Source: Phoronis australis
Lineage: Eukaryota; Animalia; Phoronida
Reading direction: 5' to 3'
Length of the DNA: 64,000 bases
NCBI GenBank assembly: GCA_002633005.1
Contig: NMRA01000164.1
Location: 724,897 to 788,896, forward strand
Part shown: positions 44,907 through 59,125 of the stretch, piece by piece
Numbering within the stretch: position 1 is the first letter of the stretch
Layout of the letters: the number at the start of each line of letters is the position of its first letter
Position numbers and translations under genes: made by a program
The notes under the pieces: generated by a model
Databases searched by the model: none
What the model saw: only the letters and a program-made list of their open reading frames with translations
Told to the model about the DNA's origin: nothing

Positions 44907-47900
44907 CATCAGGATGACCCCCAACATATGGATCAGAACAATGGCTCCCGTGGTTTTCGATAACTGCCTTGGTAGATTTTTCAATTAATTAAATTTAACT
45001 TGTTAAATGCATTTATCGTCATTATTTTGACACTTGTCTCTTTATTTTGATACCAGTCCTTAGAGTTTATTTTGCATTACTCATCTCTATTTATAGCCGC
45101 AAGGGCCTACTTTTGTATTCATACGTTTCTCTACGCGACTCCTGATTGGTCGCCCATATTTCCTTTGTTCTGTTCAACGTTGTCTCTCATTCAGCCACCT
45201 ACCTCGTCGTCTACAAGACCTACGTTCGTTCTCTTCATTNNNNNNNNNNNNNNNNNNNNNNNNNCCCCCCCATCCCGGGTGTCGGTTCCACTTTCTCTTC
45301 CTCATATACATTTCCTGTTAGGTTTTGTCAAGTGTTGTGTTCATGTTCTGTACTTTTCCTTTAAGCCCTTCAGGCAGTTCTTTTGTTTTGTTCCCTCTTT
45401 CAGGGCTATTCATTGTACACGACGGTGGACGTTTTGTCCATGCCCATCTTGCAGAGTCTTAGTTAATTTTATCTATTGACGTCATAATAAATGACAATAT
45501 TCGCAATCCTCCTCTTGTTTTACTCTGCAACATAGCTCGTGGCGTACCCCGGGCAAAATAGATTACGATAAATCTCGAAGTGTCAACTTGAAAACAATAG
45601 TTGATTTGACGATTGTCTGTTAAGTTCATTAACTGCACGTTTTTGTCTATTTGCACGCCATACCCATACATAAACGACAAGCTGCGACCCACGGATAACC
45701 AATACGGAAGAGGACCATGCTGGATATTAGCCTTTGGCTAAAGCATGTTTTACATTTATTGTATTTTTATCCTCTTTAAAAAAAGTTTATTATTATTATT
45801 GTTATTATTATTATCATTATTATTAAAGGTGGAAGACGAAAATTATGAAGATACTCTAACAGGGGGTTTATGTAATCTAACGTTGCTTGCGTGTCATACT
45901 GTATTTATATAAATAGGGTACAGCTCGATACTCCAAAGGTTCACAAGTTCGAACTCTCATAATACCACAAATGAATAAAAAGGCATCATAAAGCCGAAGG
46001 TTCGCAAATCCGACAGAAAGAAAAACTAGTTAGTTCGAAACTAGTCCGAAGGTCTATGATGCCAGAAACCAGCGATTCAAAGTCAACGACAGCCAAGCAG
46101 CAAAATTTTGGCGGCGATAAACCATACTTCGAACATGTAAATAACTACAGCAACTCGGTGAATCGCCCAACTTCATGTTTGGATCCCGTTTTGAGAGGCA
46201 CAGGCTCTTCGAAAAACTAGTTTCAAGCAGCCGTGTGCAAATAAATCCCTGAACGTTTTGCTCAAAATCACTGTTCGGAACATAGTGTCATGAAAGTTCA
46301 AATTTATAACGGCGGGTTTTCGTAATTGTATGGATAAGTCTTCAGATTTATGGATTTTTAGACTTGCAAACCTTGCGACCTATGAATACCTTAATTTCAT
46401 ATAAACTCTGTACACATTCTTTCTCACTTGAAGTTTTCAATTCAGGTCATATAAGGCTGATCACTTCTTATTGTGCAATTTTTAGCGACTTGGCAAGTCG
46501 TCGAACTAGTGGACGTTGGCTGACTAGTGTACCATTTACCCACGGCACCTGACGTCGAGAGCAGTTACAGTGTACCAAAAGTGCAGAAGGACCACTAACA
46601 CGAATGACACCAGGGCCAAAGATATGGTGTCGTTCACTTGTAAATCAGAATCCTGGCAGTTACCGGTTTTGACTACATGTGTGTACTCATTTGAGCCATC
46701 AAAACTTGATCAATCACTTGTTTTATTTGAAAAAGCGAAGTGAAAAATTTGCTTCAGGAATACGTCTTTGTTCAAGTACACGGTTTCACAACTGGTTTCA
46801 ATGCAGTCTCTCAAAAATGGCGTTGGTAATTGTATAACTGGGAGATCTTGTCAATATAAAATACACTATAGGCTCTCAGTTCGAGTCGCCTGTATTATAT
46901 TCCTTCTCGGAAGTGAACTACATTTAGTCTTAATTGCTGTATTTTATTTGAGTGACTTTGTCATTTGTTAAATAGCTGGGCTTTGTTTATCATTAAAAGG
47001 ATACCAAACTCGGTTTTGGCCTACTTACACATACTAAAAACGACTTTCCCCATCCAGTTCTTTGAAACAAAATAATGCTTTGTAACTTATCGCCAACCCT
47101 CAGAAGTCTGGAGGAAATTTTGAAAACTTAACAAATTCTGCTAAACGGGCAAGCGTGACCTACGCTTTTAGCAAGTTACACAGCACCTTTGGAAAAGACC
47201 ACCCGTCAAGGACCACAACGTGCAACTTATGAGATAGGAAGTATAAGTTTTTTCAGTTGGTTCCTGCTTCTATTTTGGAAGATTGACACTAAAGATGCAA
47301 AGCAGGTGACAGAAAGTGGATTGGTTGACATCATCAATATAAGGTTTATCATCCTTACGGGACCATACAGGACCACGACGTCACGACGGGTTACAGTGCA
47401 TCAAAAAGTTCCTGCAGTACCATTAATACGACTGACAACAGAGTTGAAAAGTGCATACCGTTCAACTTTCATGAGAAAAAAAGCATTTAAAATGTTTTCC
47501 ACTTCAGTTACAAGTTTGTTATGGCATCTTTTTACTTTCCTAACCAAATTTCTTTCAATGTATACTTCACAATATGAAATACACTCACCTCAGTTCATGT
47601 ATGTTAAATTCGTCCTCGAAGGTTGATTGGACTTTATTGCCAAGTATGCGATTTTATCTAATTTTTTACAAAATTAAATATTTTAACTCCTTAAATGTTT
47701 ATATTATTGGAAACTAGAAACCCAAGTAAAATTTGAAATTTCGGTCTTTAGTTGTCTGATATTCATAATGATTGCCTAACAAAAATATTTCCCTTAAGTA
47801 AAATTTAGCGAAAAGAAAAGAAAAGCACAGTAATAGCAAAACAACGGTATCGATAACAAGTTCGAATTTCATTTGATAAAAATGTTCCAAGACGTAATCT

Positions 47901-49259
47901 CAAAAAACTATTAATGTTCTAAAATATCATGATTTAATTTTGAATTCATTTTGTAAACGGTGTTTAAGTCCTTCGATTTGGAAGTTTTACATAAATCTGG
48001 ACAGCTAATTCTGAGATATAAAACTTCAAAGTTGGGGAAATGCACACGATGATTTTGAAGCTTCAAAATTAGAGAAATGTTGACGTTTTTTCTATGGTCA
48101 TACAGGACCTCGCCACAACTGGCAGTGCACCCGGCCAAGATGTCGCTGAACCACCAACACAAAATGACACCAGAGTCGGAAAGGTAAAAAATCCCAGGAG
48201 TTGCCTCTTACGTGAGGGCGTGCACCATGAGATCCTGTCTTACCCGATACATGAAGGGCGATAGAGGTGTGTAACTTAAATTCGTTATTGATAAATTTTT
48301 GTCTGGCTGACACTTACAGTTACAGTTACCCACTTTTGACAAATGTATGGGGTCCAGATAATTGGGTTGTACTCAAGTATTAGTGTTTGGGTTGCGATGA
48401 CGCACATGTACTTCGAATAGATAAAGCTCTCCATCCATCATATCTGTTACCATTTGCTTGCACTAAGCGTTTGTTACTTGTCTTGCTGGTACCTTCGCGT
48501 TGACGCTAACACTCTTTTTAATCCCGACTAACAATTGCACCAACATACTAACATCAATCCTAACATATCAAGAAATGCAGCAAAGGTCACAAAATGCATG
48601 CTGAGTGGTGTTATTTGAATTCCTCTCCAAATGTCAAGATCAAATGGAGCTGAACAGTGGTTCCCGTGATCTAATACTACCGTGGCAGGGATAAGGATTT
48701 TTGAATTAGTTTCCGAATGGCAAATTGAAAACAATAGTTGATTTATCGATTGTTTTTAAATTTTATTAACGAACGTTTTCGTTTATTTACTTACCATGCC
48801 CCCGCCACGACGATACGATCCGACTCGCGGATAACCAAGGCGGAAGAAGAAGCACAAAAGACTGAAAATTAACAACCGAAAACTAAAATTAAGAAGGAAA
48901 TTTAAAGTAGCGTGCAAGTCACAGTGCATTAGTATAAATAAGACGGAGCTCGATACTCCGAAGGTTCGCAAGCCTGAAGGCAAGTTATGTAACATTGAAT
49001 GATTTTTTTAAGTACCCTTTCAGGCAAATAAAAACGTTTCTAAAAACAGCCCTATCAAACTGATAGTAAAACAGCTAATATTCTTTCAGACTTGTGTTGA
49101 TCTTCGGATTTATTTATTTGTCGACTTGTAAACTTTCGAAGCCATGAATACAGTAATTTCATACCTTCCGCCCACAATTTTTCTCACTTGTAGTTTTCAA
49201 TTCAGATCATATGGGTTCATTGTTTCGAGGGGATTAACTTCTTTCGAACCTGATTATAG

Positions 49260-50932
49260 TTTTTATGCACAAACGTATTTATAGGTGGACTCATTATGCC
49301 GTCATCTCCGTCCATCCGTTCGGAGTCCGGCGTCCGCTTCAAAACGTCTGGACGTATGTTCAGGAAGTTTTGCACATGTGTTTCTTCCGTGGATGGGACG
49401 GCATGAGCGAACTTTCAGGCGGATCTCACTATTGGTGTGACCCCTAGTGGCAATTTTAATTTTTTACGTTTACCTCTGTAACTTCAAAAGTCCTGAACGG
49501 ATTTTCATAAAAATTGGTACATAGGCACCTATCAGTGAGATGATGCTAACCTTCCGTTTTCAGATGAATTCGACGTAGTTTACGCCATCTAATGGCCATT
49601 TTTTGGTGTCTTCGAGTTTGTTTTTTGCGTCCATTCCTCTATCAACCAAACCGCTCAAAGGATGATTGTGAAAATTGGCATGTATGACGATGATTTTCCG
49701 ACCACTTCGACTACTATGGCGCCTCCTAGTGGCAGTTTTTTGAGCCTATGGCTGCATGTCCTAAACCGTTCGCACGATCTTTAATAAATTTAGTAAGTGT
49801 ATATATGTGATGTTGACGACGGAAGACAACAACTTTCGGACAGATCTGACTACTGGTGTGCCACCTACTGGCAATTTTATTTTTTTACGTTTACCTCTGT
49901 GTGTTCAAACGTCCTCGACGTATTTTCATAAAATTTGGCATCTGTTAGTTAAGTGACGCTATCTCTCCGTTTTCAGACGGATTCGACCTAATTTGCGCCA
50001 TCTAGTGGCCATTTTTACTGTTTTCGAGTCTGTTTTTGGCGTCCTGTCATCTATCAACGAAAACGCTTTCAGGATAATTGTGAAAATTGGCATGTATGTT
50101 TTTACTAAAAAGTGGACGGCTGACGATGATTTTTCGACGACTTTGACTACTGTGGCGCCTCCTAGTGGCACTTTTGTTTTTTTACGCTCATGACTGTATC
50201 TCCTAAACCGTTTGCAGGATCTTTACTTAATTTAGCGAGTGTATTTATATGATGTTGACAACGGACGACGACGACTTTCGGACGGATGTGACTACTGGTG
50301 TTCGCCCTAGAGGCAGCTTTAGTTTTTTACGTTTACCAGTCTGTACCTTCAAAGGTCCTCAACAGATTTTCATAAAGTTGTGAATGTAGGCATCTATGTT
50401 TTTGGATGGAAATGAGGTATTTTGCGCGACCTAGTGGCCATTTTTGCTGTTTTCAACTCTTGTTTTTGGCGTCCACCCCTCTATCAACGAAATCATTCTA
50501 GGGATAGTTTTGAAAATTGGCGTATATGTTTTCAGTGCGAAGAGGACGTTTGGTGATGGCAACTGACTAGTGTGGCGCCTTCTAGTGGTACTTATGTTTT
50601 GTTTTGCTCCCATAGCTATATCTCCTAAACCCACTGCAGGATCTTTATTAAATTTAGTGTATTTATAGGAAGATAACAACAGACGAAGACTTTCAGGCGG
50701 ATCTAACGAACGCTGTGCCCACAAGTGGCAATTTCATGTTATACTGTTTCCTTTGTTTCTCTGAAGTTCCTCGACAGATTTTATGAAATATGGCATGTTC
50801 CCGTTTTGGGATGGATTGTACGTTTTTGCGCCATCTAGTGCCCATTTTTATGATACAAATAAATAACCCTAAAAGCACACCATTTGCGATCCATTCGTTG
50901 GCGCATTTCAACGCTCCGCGTTGCTCTTGTTT
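49260..50932 (+). mobile_element. Helentron-associated (HINE/DINE-like) non-autonomous element with ~415-bp internal tandem repeats
   Basis: T-rich ends, subterminal inverted repeat ATGCACAAACG (49265) / CGTTGGCGCAT (about 50896), 3' hairpin CAACGC-TCC-GCGTTG (50909-50923), TCCG-type microsatellite near the 5' end, about 3.5 repeat units. Confidence 0.72.
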
Positions 50933-52179
50933 AGGGACTTGTTCTTTCGTCAAACTACTAGGTGACCAGTATACCATTAACATGGGAGATTTTACAAAAA
51001 TCTGAACTGCTATTTTTAAGACATCAAACTGTAAAATTAGAGAAATGTGGACACTTTCTAGGGCCACGCAGCATCCGAAGTAGCAGGACGCTGTCATTGC
51101 CACCACTGGCAGCGAACAAAAATGTCACTGAACCGTCACCATGTAATGACACCAGAATAGGAAAAGTAAAAAATCCAGGAAATTGCCTCTTCCGTGAGGG
51201 CGTACGTCATGAGATGCTGTCTTACCCGATACACAAGGTACGACTGAGGGGCGTTACTTTCGTTATTGATAACATTTTGGACTGGCTGTCACGTGCAGTT
51301 ACAGTTCTCCACCTGTTACAACACTGTGCTGTCCAGGTCGTTGAAATACATTCCTAGTGCTAGCTGTATTTTAGTTGTACTTACTCTGGGTTCTCCTCAT
51401 ATATCAATGCTTTGGCCGTGATGACGCTCATTTATTCCAATAGATAGACTGTAGATCTGTCATTCTATCAATTGTAGTTTCATTCGCTTGGACTAGACGT
51501 TTGTTACTTTTCTTGCTTGTGCATTAACGTTGATGCAGACACACATTCAAATCCCGCCAACAATTCCAATTAAATACTAATACCAGTCCTAACAAACTTA
51601 AAAACATCACCAATTAATCCAACTGACGTTCGAAGTCGCAAAATGTATGCTGAATGTCATTATTTGAATTCCTCTACAGATGCCACAACGGGATGGAGCT
51701 AGGCTGTGGTTCAGCCTGAATGTTCGCAAATTCGACAAAAAAGCTTATTAGTGCGAAAATAATTCGACGATCTGAGAGACGAGAAGTTAGTGACTGACTC
51801 TCGTCGGCTTTGTAACTACTTTCTATGTCAGAGGCCCGGGGTCGGAGGTCGTGACCTTTTAAGAAAAGCCGAGATATTCTTGTAAAATAATGCTTTTACT
51901 CAAAACCAATTGAAAAATAAAACCAAATATAAATAAAGTGAATCTATAAATTAAGGTTTAGGAACTGTTATTGCTTACTACACATTTTATTACGTTAAGC
52001 TTCGACCGGGAATATATATATTGGAGATCGGTGATTTACAAGTGAGAGAACACGAGAGAAACATTTCACTGAATTAAAATATTGTTTTTATGGAAATAAT
52101 GCGTCTTATTTTTCATAGCGTATAATTGTCGGTGCAATGCCCTTTGCTGAACAGGCGATTGTTGCGCGTGCTCATTTAA

Positions 52180-54719
52180 AGTCCTTCTCTCAAACTGCCC
52201 ATGTGGTTCCAGTATCCGAAAATACTTACTACATAAAATCTTATTTTCAACACCCTTTCTTTATATTCTTTTCGCCTTTCTTGCCAAAAGCGGTTTTTTA
52301 ACAGTATTTGACCCTTTTCTGTGAGCGTACAATTACCTGCTGTCATCGGTTATTTCCGTACCCACATATCCGGCTCATCAGTTCAGGAACTTGTCCTGAA
52401 CGCCGCCATTTTTTCCTTGTAACTGAATGTGCTATGGCTTGCTCGAAAAGTCTTCATTATTTTGTTTTATTAGTAATATCTCGTGATTCGTTTGCATATG
52501 TAGTGTATTTATAGTTTGTAGTTAGTGGTCGTTGAATTTTTTGGAATGTTACGCGTACTCAGTATGTTAAAATAGCATTGGTGTTTAGTTCCTTACGAAG
52601 GCCGGTCGAACCTAGGAACCAATATGGGTCGAACTAATTTTTTCGGTTTTATTTTTTTGTCGTTTTGAAAAAGTACTTTGCTATCATCGGAAAGGTAGTA
52701 CATTCTACTCAGTAAATATCGAAAAAGTATCAAAATCGGGACAAGCAGTGTAAAGTTATTGCAAGTTTTGTGGCGAAATTTGGGTCACTTTGTTTGGATC
52801 GCGTCGGCCATATTGGAGGACAACGGGATAAGTTACGAGTTTAAAACTTTGTGTAAATTGTTTTCGCCAACAAATTACGGTGAAATTTAGTTAGACATAT
52901 CTTTACTTACTATTCTGCACGATTTAACAGTGTTCACCAAATTTCAGCCTCGCAGTTGTTACTCATTAAGTGATAAATGTGCTCACAATTCCCGTTGGAC
53001 TTCGTCTCATTTCTGGCGGCACCGACAACATGGCGACTTTTGCTGAACTGAAAGGCATGTTCAATCGGCTACTTTGTAATTTGTGAAGATTTAACGTTGA
53101 TACATTTTGACAAACGTTGCTACAAAAAAGAAACTTTGTTCAATTTTCGTGTTTTTTGTGCAAAAATATAAGATATATTCGAATTATTTTACTGTAAATT
53201 TCCCATTCAGGTGATCTTACACTAAGCTAAAAAAATAGTTGAAATAATTTTGAAATGGTTTTTTGTTTGACTGTCAACTGCTGTTCAAGACTTGATTCGG
53301 TGTCACAAAATGATTCATATTTTTCTAAATTTTAAGTCTCAATTGCTTTCAAGTCATGTTTTGTAACTTATTGCTTCTTAATTCAGGTTATCAAGTCAAC
53401 AATATGAATAATCTTAATTTGAGAAATAAGCTATGTTGGATTGTGAAGCTTCAAGCCTCTAATTCTTGTTCCTTGCAACTTCATATTTTTTTTAATGATG
53501 CTTGTCAAATTCTGGTGTAAGGAAACACTATTCCGTCACCATGGTAATAGTTACATGTATGCCCACTTTCATATCATGGAAACTGTTGCTGTTGAATAGT
53601 GTTTGTAATGCTAAATGTCGTAAAGTATTGTGCATTTTTTAATTAAGTTACTTATTATGTTAAACGGTTGAATCATTTTGGATTAATGAATGATAAAATT
53701 TTGTATTGGACTTGTCATACTTATGTGCTCGAGCGAGCCCCTTTTTGGAATGAGAACTGGAAAAAGGTCTGCCTCAGTCACAGAAGCACGAATTCCGAAA
53801 AAAGTAGAAAATGAGACAATATTCCACTAGAAGACAGGAAGTACCAAAATTTAGAGTCTGCAATTCATAGCTCTGAACATACTCACTGAGTCTTATAGTA
53901 AAAGATAGACATTCCCAAAAATTCCAGCCCCTCATTCTTTTAGGCTTGGTGCGCTCACACAAAGTCTGGTAAAATTTCTATTGCAAGCCAACAACTTTCC
54001 ACAGTTCGCCAGAAGTACCCAAGTTCTAAATAAACCTCGTTTGAGCGAGCGCTGTAGCCAGCGACCAGTTAGGCCTATGGGTAGCCTTGGCGCAAAGCTG
54101 TATAGGCCTACTAACAAGCTGTATTTTGACGATAGTCTTCACTGGTAGCTGGTGACTCTGGCTAACTAAGGTCTGCCGCGGCAGTGTGACACAGGACTAA
54201 CCAGCCCGTAATTTCATGCAAGTGTCTGAAACTAGCCTTGAATATATGCAGCATTTATAATTTGACCATTTTACTTCGACAAATAGATTGCAACCGCATG
54301 CATTAACCGATCGCCAGTGTCTGGTCTCGATCCGCACCGGGTCCAATAGGCTGCGGTCCCGAGTCTGGCAAAATAATTTCTGTCAAAATTTATTCGCCAC
54401 ATTTCTTCAGCAAATTCGGTAAAATTGTCCGTATTTTGATTTTATTAACATTAAGGCGCGCTGTCGATTATTTTATCCCCGTTTGCTGGCTGGTAACAGT
54501 ACAGGCACTGCTCCAGTCTCACTGACGGCGTTTTCTCGGCCTGGGTTCGCGGCAAGTTCAAAATGGCGGTGGTTCTTCGGGTGCGAATCGTGAGTGGCGC
54601 GTTCATTTAAACTTTTTTTGAGTACGGATCTTGTATTAGTTATGGGGTAAGTACTTCTTGGATCCTTATAACATCCTCTAACCATGTAATAAGGGTTAAA
54701 AACGCGTGAGAGAAGGACT
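52180..54719. mobile_element. Kolobok-like non-autonomous DNA transposon (different family)
   Basis: TTAA|AGTCCTTCTCTCA...TGAGAGAAGGACT|TTAA perfect 13-bp TIR with TTAA TSD. Confidence 0.78.
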
Positions 54720-54752
54720 TTAAGTATTTTAATTTCACGTTCGATGACGTCA

Positions 54753-54960
54753 GCCGCTGAGTGGTGTAGTGGTAAAGTCGGCGGGTTCAAATCCGGCCTC
54801 GGTTTCCCGCCAAAGTGTTATCTCACTAGGTTATTACATGGTTGTATCTGCCATTCGAGGCTAATATTGTGGTATAAATCATGGTATTTGACATTTTATC
54901 TAAATCTGAACTGCTATTCTGATACGAATATTCAAAGTAAGAGAGATTTGAACGTTATTC
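54753..54960 (+). mobile_element. tRNA-derived SINE-like element
   Basis: A box TGGTGTAGTGG (54762) and B box GGTTCAAATCC (54784), spaced too closely for an intact tRNA. Confidence 0.5.
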
Positions 54961-57900
54961 CAAAGATAATACATGATCTGAACAACCATGACCTCACCAC
55001 TACTGACAGAGAACCAAAGATAACACTGAACCACCTACTCAAATGATACCGTAATTGGAAAGGTAAAAAAAAAAATCTCTGAAGTTGCACCTTCCGTTAG
55101 GGTGCGCCATGAGATGCTGTCTTACACGGTACACGATGGACGATAGAGGTATGAAACTTTCGTTATTGATCACATTTTGTCTGGCTGATACTTGCAGTTA
55201 CAGTTGTCTACCTGTGTCAACTTTGTGGTGTCCAAATCATTGTAACAGCGCTTAAGTGCTGTCGAACACTGTTTGGATCCCTTCGAGAGGAGGCACTGGC
55301 ACTTCCAAAAAGTAGTTTCAAACAGGAACGTGCATACAAATCTCCGAACATTTTGCTAACTGTAATAAATGAAAGTTCGAAATTTTAGCTTCCAAACTAA
55401 TGGACTTTAGACCTAGTTTGGACCTTTGGATTTATGGATTTTTGGACTTGCAAACCTTCGGACCAATGAATAGGGGATTTCATACCTTCTGTTCACACTC
55501 TTTCTCACTTGTACTTGCACCAAATCTATCACCATTCGCTTTCACTTGTCGTTTGTTACTTGTCTTGCTGGTACATTCGTATTGACGATAAAACTCTTTC
55601 TAATTTCGACTAACATTATGCACTAACATACTAACACATACACTAACACACTAAAAACAGCATGACTGAATCCAAATGACGATCCTGTGTGCATGCTGAA
55701 TGCTGTTAACTGAGTTCCTCTGCAGATGCTATAACCAGGTGGAGCTGAGCAGTGGTTCTCCTGATCGATTAGACCCGTGGCATAGAGATGGATTTTTCGA
55801 TTACATTGATTATTCAAGTATCAAATGTAATACAATAGATTTCTCAATTGTTTGTAAATTTTATTATTCCACGGTTTTGTTTATTTACTTGCTATACTCA
55901 CACAACAACGATATGTTGCGACCCCTGGATTACCAAGACGGAAGAAGGAGAATGGAAGAAGAAAAATGACAAACGAAGACTAAAATTAAGAATGTAATAT
56001 AATTTTGCTTGCGATTCATACTCAATTGGTATGAATAGGGTAGAGCTCTATACTATGAAGGTTCACAAGTCTAAAGGCAAGTCATCTGACAATTTAATAT
56101 ATTTCTAAAAGAGCCCTTTAACCCCGAGGGTTCACAAATCCGACAGAAAGAAAAGATAGTTAGTTCGAAACTAGTCCGAAGGTCTATTATACCTGAAATA
56201 TGTGATTTAGCAATCGACGGGAAGCAGCAAGATTGTAGTGGTGGTAAACAAATATTTGAAAATGTAAATAAATGCAACATCTCTGCACATTGCCGAATAC
56301 TGTTTTGATCCTTCCGACAGGCTCTCATGGTTCCATAAAGTAGTTTCAAATAGGCACGTGCATATAAATACCCGAACCTTCTTCTCCAAACAACTTTTCA
56401 AAATCTTGATACATGAAAGTTCTAACTTTTAGCTTCCGACTGGTGCGGACCTTCGAATTTATAGATATTTGGACGTTTAAGCTTTCAGAACAATGAATAC
56501 CTTGAATTTATACCTTCTGCTCACACTCTTTCTCATTCGTAGAGTTCAATTCAGATCATACGATTTCATTGCTTCCGAGGGGTTGACTTCGTTTGAATTT
56601 TATTGTAGGTTTTTAGAGACTTCGCCAAATTTCTTCGAACCACTGGACTGACTAATATACCACTAGCATGCGGCATTTGACGTCGAGAACAGTGGGATGA
56701 AACCACAGGACCACTTACACGAATGATACCATAGCCAAAAAGCATGGTGCCATTAAGCTGTAAACATCCTGGAAGTTACATGCTTTGACCGTATGTGCAT
56801 TCTAGAACCCATCAATTCACACCTGGTTTCAGGGAACGATAAATTATTTCTCAAAAACCGTAAAATTTAGCTTAGGACAAAAAGCACATTAATGGTAAAA
56901 CAATGGTATCAATAACAAGATCGAATTTAATTTAATGAAGGTGTTCCAGAAGTCATCTCAGAACTCTGTTAAATTTGTAAAATATGCTCTAATCATTTTC
57001 GTTTTCTGAACGGTGTTTAAATCATAGTATTTGAAAGTTTTACATCAATGTGAGGTGTCATTTTTGAGATAAAAACGTTAGAGAAATGTAGAAGTTCTTT
57101 TCTAGGGTCTTGCAGGCTTCCAACAACAAAGACCATGGCCTTGTCACCACTGGCAGTGAATCAAAGATGTTGCTGAACCACGAACACAAAATAACACCAG
57201 AGTGGAAAAGATAAAAACGTCTCGCAAGCTGCTTCTTCCGTGAGGGCGAGCGCCATGAGTTGCTGTCTTTCCGATTCATGAAAGACGACAGTGGTGTACA
57301 GCTTTTGTTATTTATAATATTTTAGTCTGGGTGGCACTTGCAGTTACAGTTGTCCACCTATGACAATTGTGTGGTGTACGGGTCGCGTCGTTGTGAAATA
57401 TTTTAAGTTTTGGCTGTATTTTACTTGTACTCTGGGTTGTACTCGGGTTTTAGTGTTTGGTTCGTGAAGACGCTCATGTACTTTAAATGGATACACCTCT
57501 CCATCCACCAAATCTATCACCATTCGCTTGCACCACACGTTTGTTAATTGTCTTGCTCGTGTATTCGCGTTGACGCTGATTCTCTTTCTAATCCCGACTA
57601 ACAATTACACTAACCTACTGACACAAGCCCAAACGTACCCAGAAAGACAGCGTAAATAAATCCAAATAACGTAAAAGGTCACAAAAATTTTGTTAATACA
57701 TGTTTTTGTCTATTGACTCGCCATACCCACGCAACAGCGATACGCTGCAACCCACCGATATCCAAACAGAAGAGGAAGCATGGAAGAAGAAAATTCACAA
57801 CCGAATACTAAAGGTAAGAAGGAAATCTAATATTGCTTGTGAATCATAATGCATTGGTATAAATAGGATAGAGCTCGATACTCAGAAGGTGTACAAGTTA

Positions 57901-59125
57901 GAAGGCAAATTATGCGACAAATGAAAACGTTTTCAAAAGGACCTTGAGTCCGAAGGTTCACAAATCCAACAAAAAGAAGGTATAGTTGAAACTGTTGACG
58001 AGATCTGACAACAGAGCAGCAAAAGTTTAATGGCTGTATTGCAAAATTTGATAATGTAACTAAATGTAGCAGCTCAGTAAGCATTGACAAAATTTGTTTG
58101 GAGCACTGGCTCTTAACTCCAAAATTTTTCACGAAATCACTTTTCAGAACCTCGTGTCCTGAAAGATCGAACGTTTACTTTTGAAAATGACAAGCTTTCG
58201 GACTTCAGTGGATATTAAGATTTATGGATTCTTGGTCTAGCTAAACATAAAACCGAGGAATACTTTTGGCCCAAACACCTTCTCACTTCAATTCAGGTCG
58301 TATTGGTTTATCACTTTCACGGGGTTCATTTTTAGCGACTTGTCCCAGTGTCCAACAACCGGACTTTGGCTGACTAATATATCATCCACGTGTGATAACT
58401 GAAGTTGCCAGCAGTGACAAGATATCAAATGTGTTGCAGGACCACTATGACGAAGGACATCGAAGTCAAACGGTGTGGTGCAGTTCATCTGTAAACGTCC
58501 TGGACGTGTGTACTCCTATGTGCAACTTGTTTGATTCGGAAAAATGAAGTGAAAATTCTATTCGGTACTCATACAGGCACCGTCTTTATTCATATACACT
58601 GTTTCATACCTGGTTCCAGGGCACAATCTTTCAAAAACTGCAAAATTTAGCAATAGAGAAAAGCACATTATTAGAAAAATAACGGTGTCAATAACAATAT
58701 CGAATTTCATTTAATAAAAATATTTCAGAAGGGGTATCAGAAACACTGTTAATAATCTTAAATATGATAATTTCATTTTCGTTTTGTGAACGACGTTTAA
58801 ATAATAGTATTTGAATGTTTCACATAAATCTGAAGAGCTATTTCTGAGAAATGTACTTAACACTTCTTTTAGGGTCATACAGGATCAGAACAAGCAGGAT
58901 CCACCACTGGCAACAAACCAAACATGTCGCTGAGCCACTAACACAAAAAGACACCAGAGTCAGAAAGGTAACAGAAGCACGGAAGTTGCCTCTTGCGTCA
59001 GGCCACATGCCATGAGGTGCTGTCTTACCCGATGCATGAAGCACGATAGGGGTAACTGTCGTTATTGATAACACTTTGGTCTTCACCTGTTACCACTGTT
59101 TGGTGTCCATTTCGTTGTAATAGAC

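Noticed and set aside
54753-54800. Possible tRNA gene
   Set aside because: The A and B boxes are only about 11 nt apart and there is no anticodon arm; called SINE-like instead.
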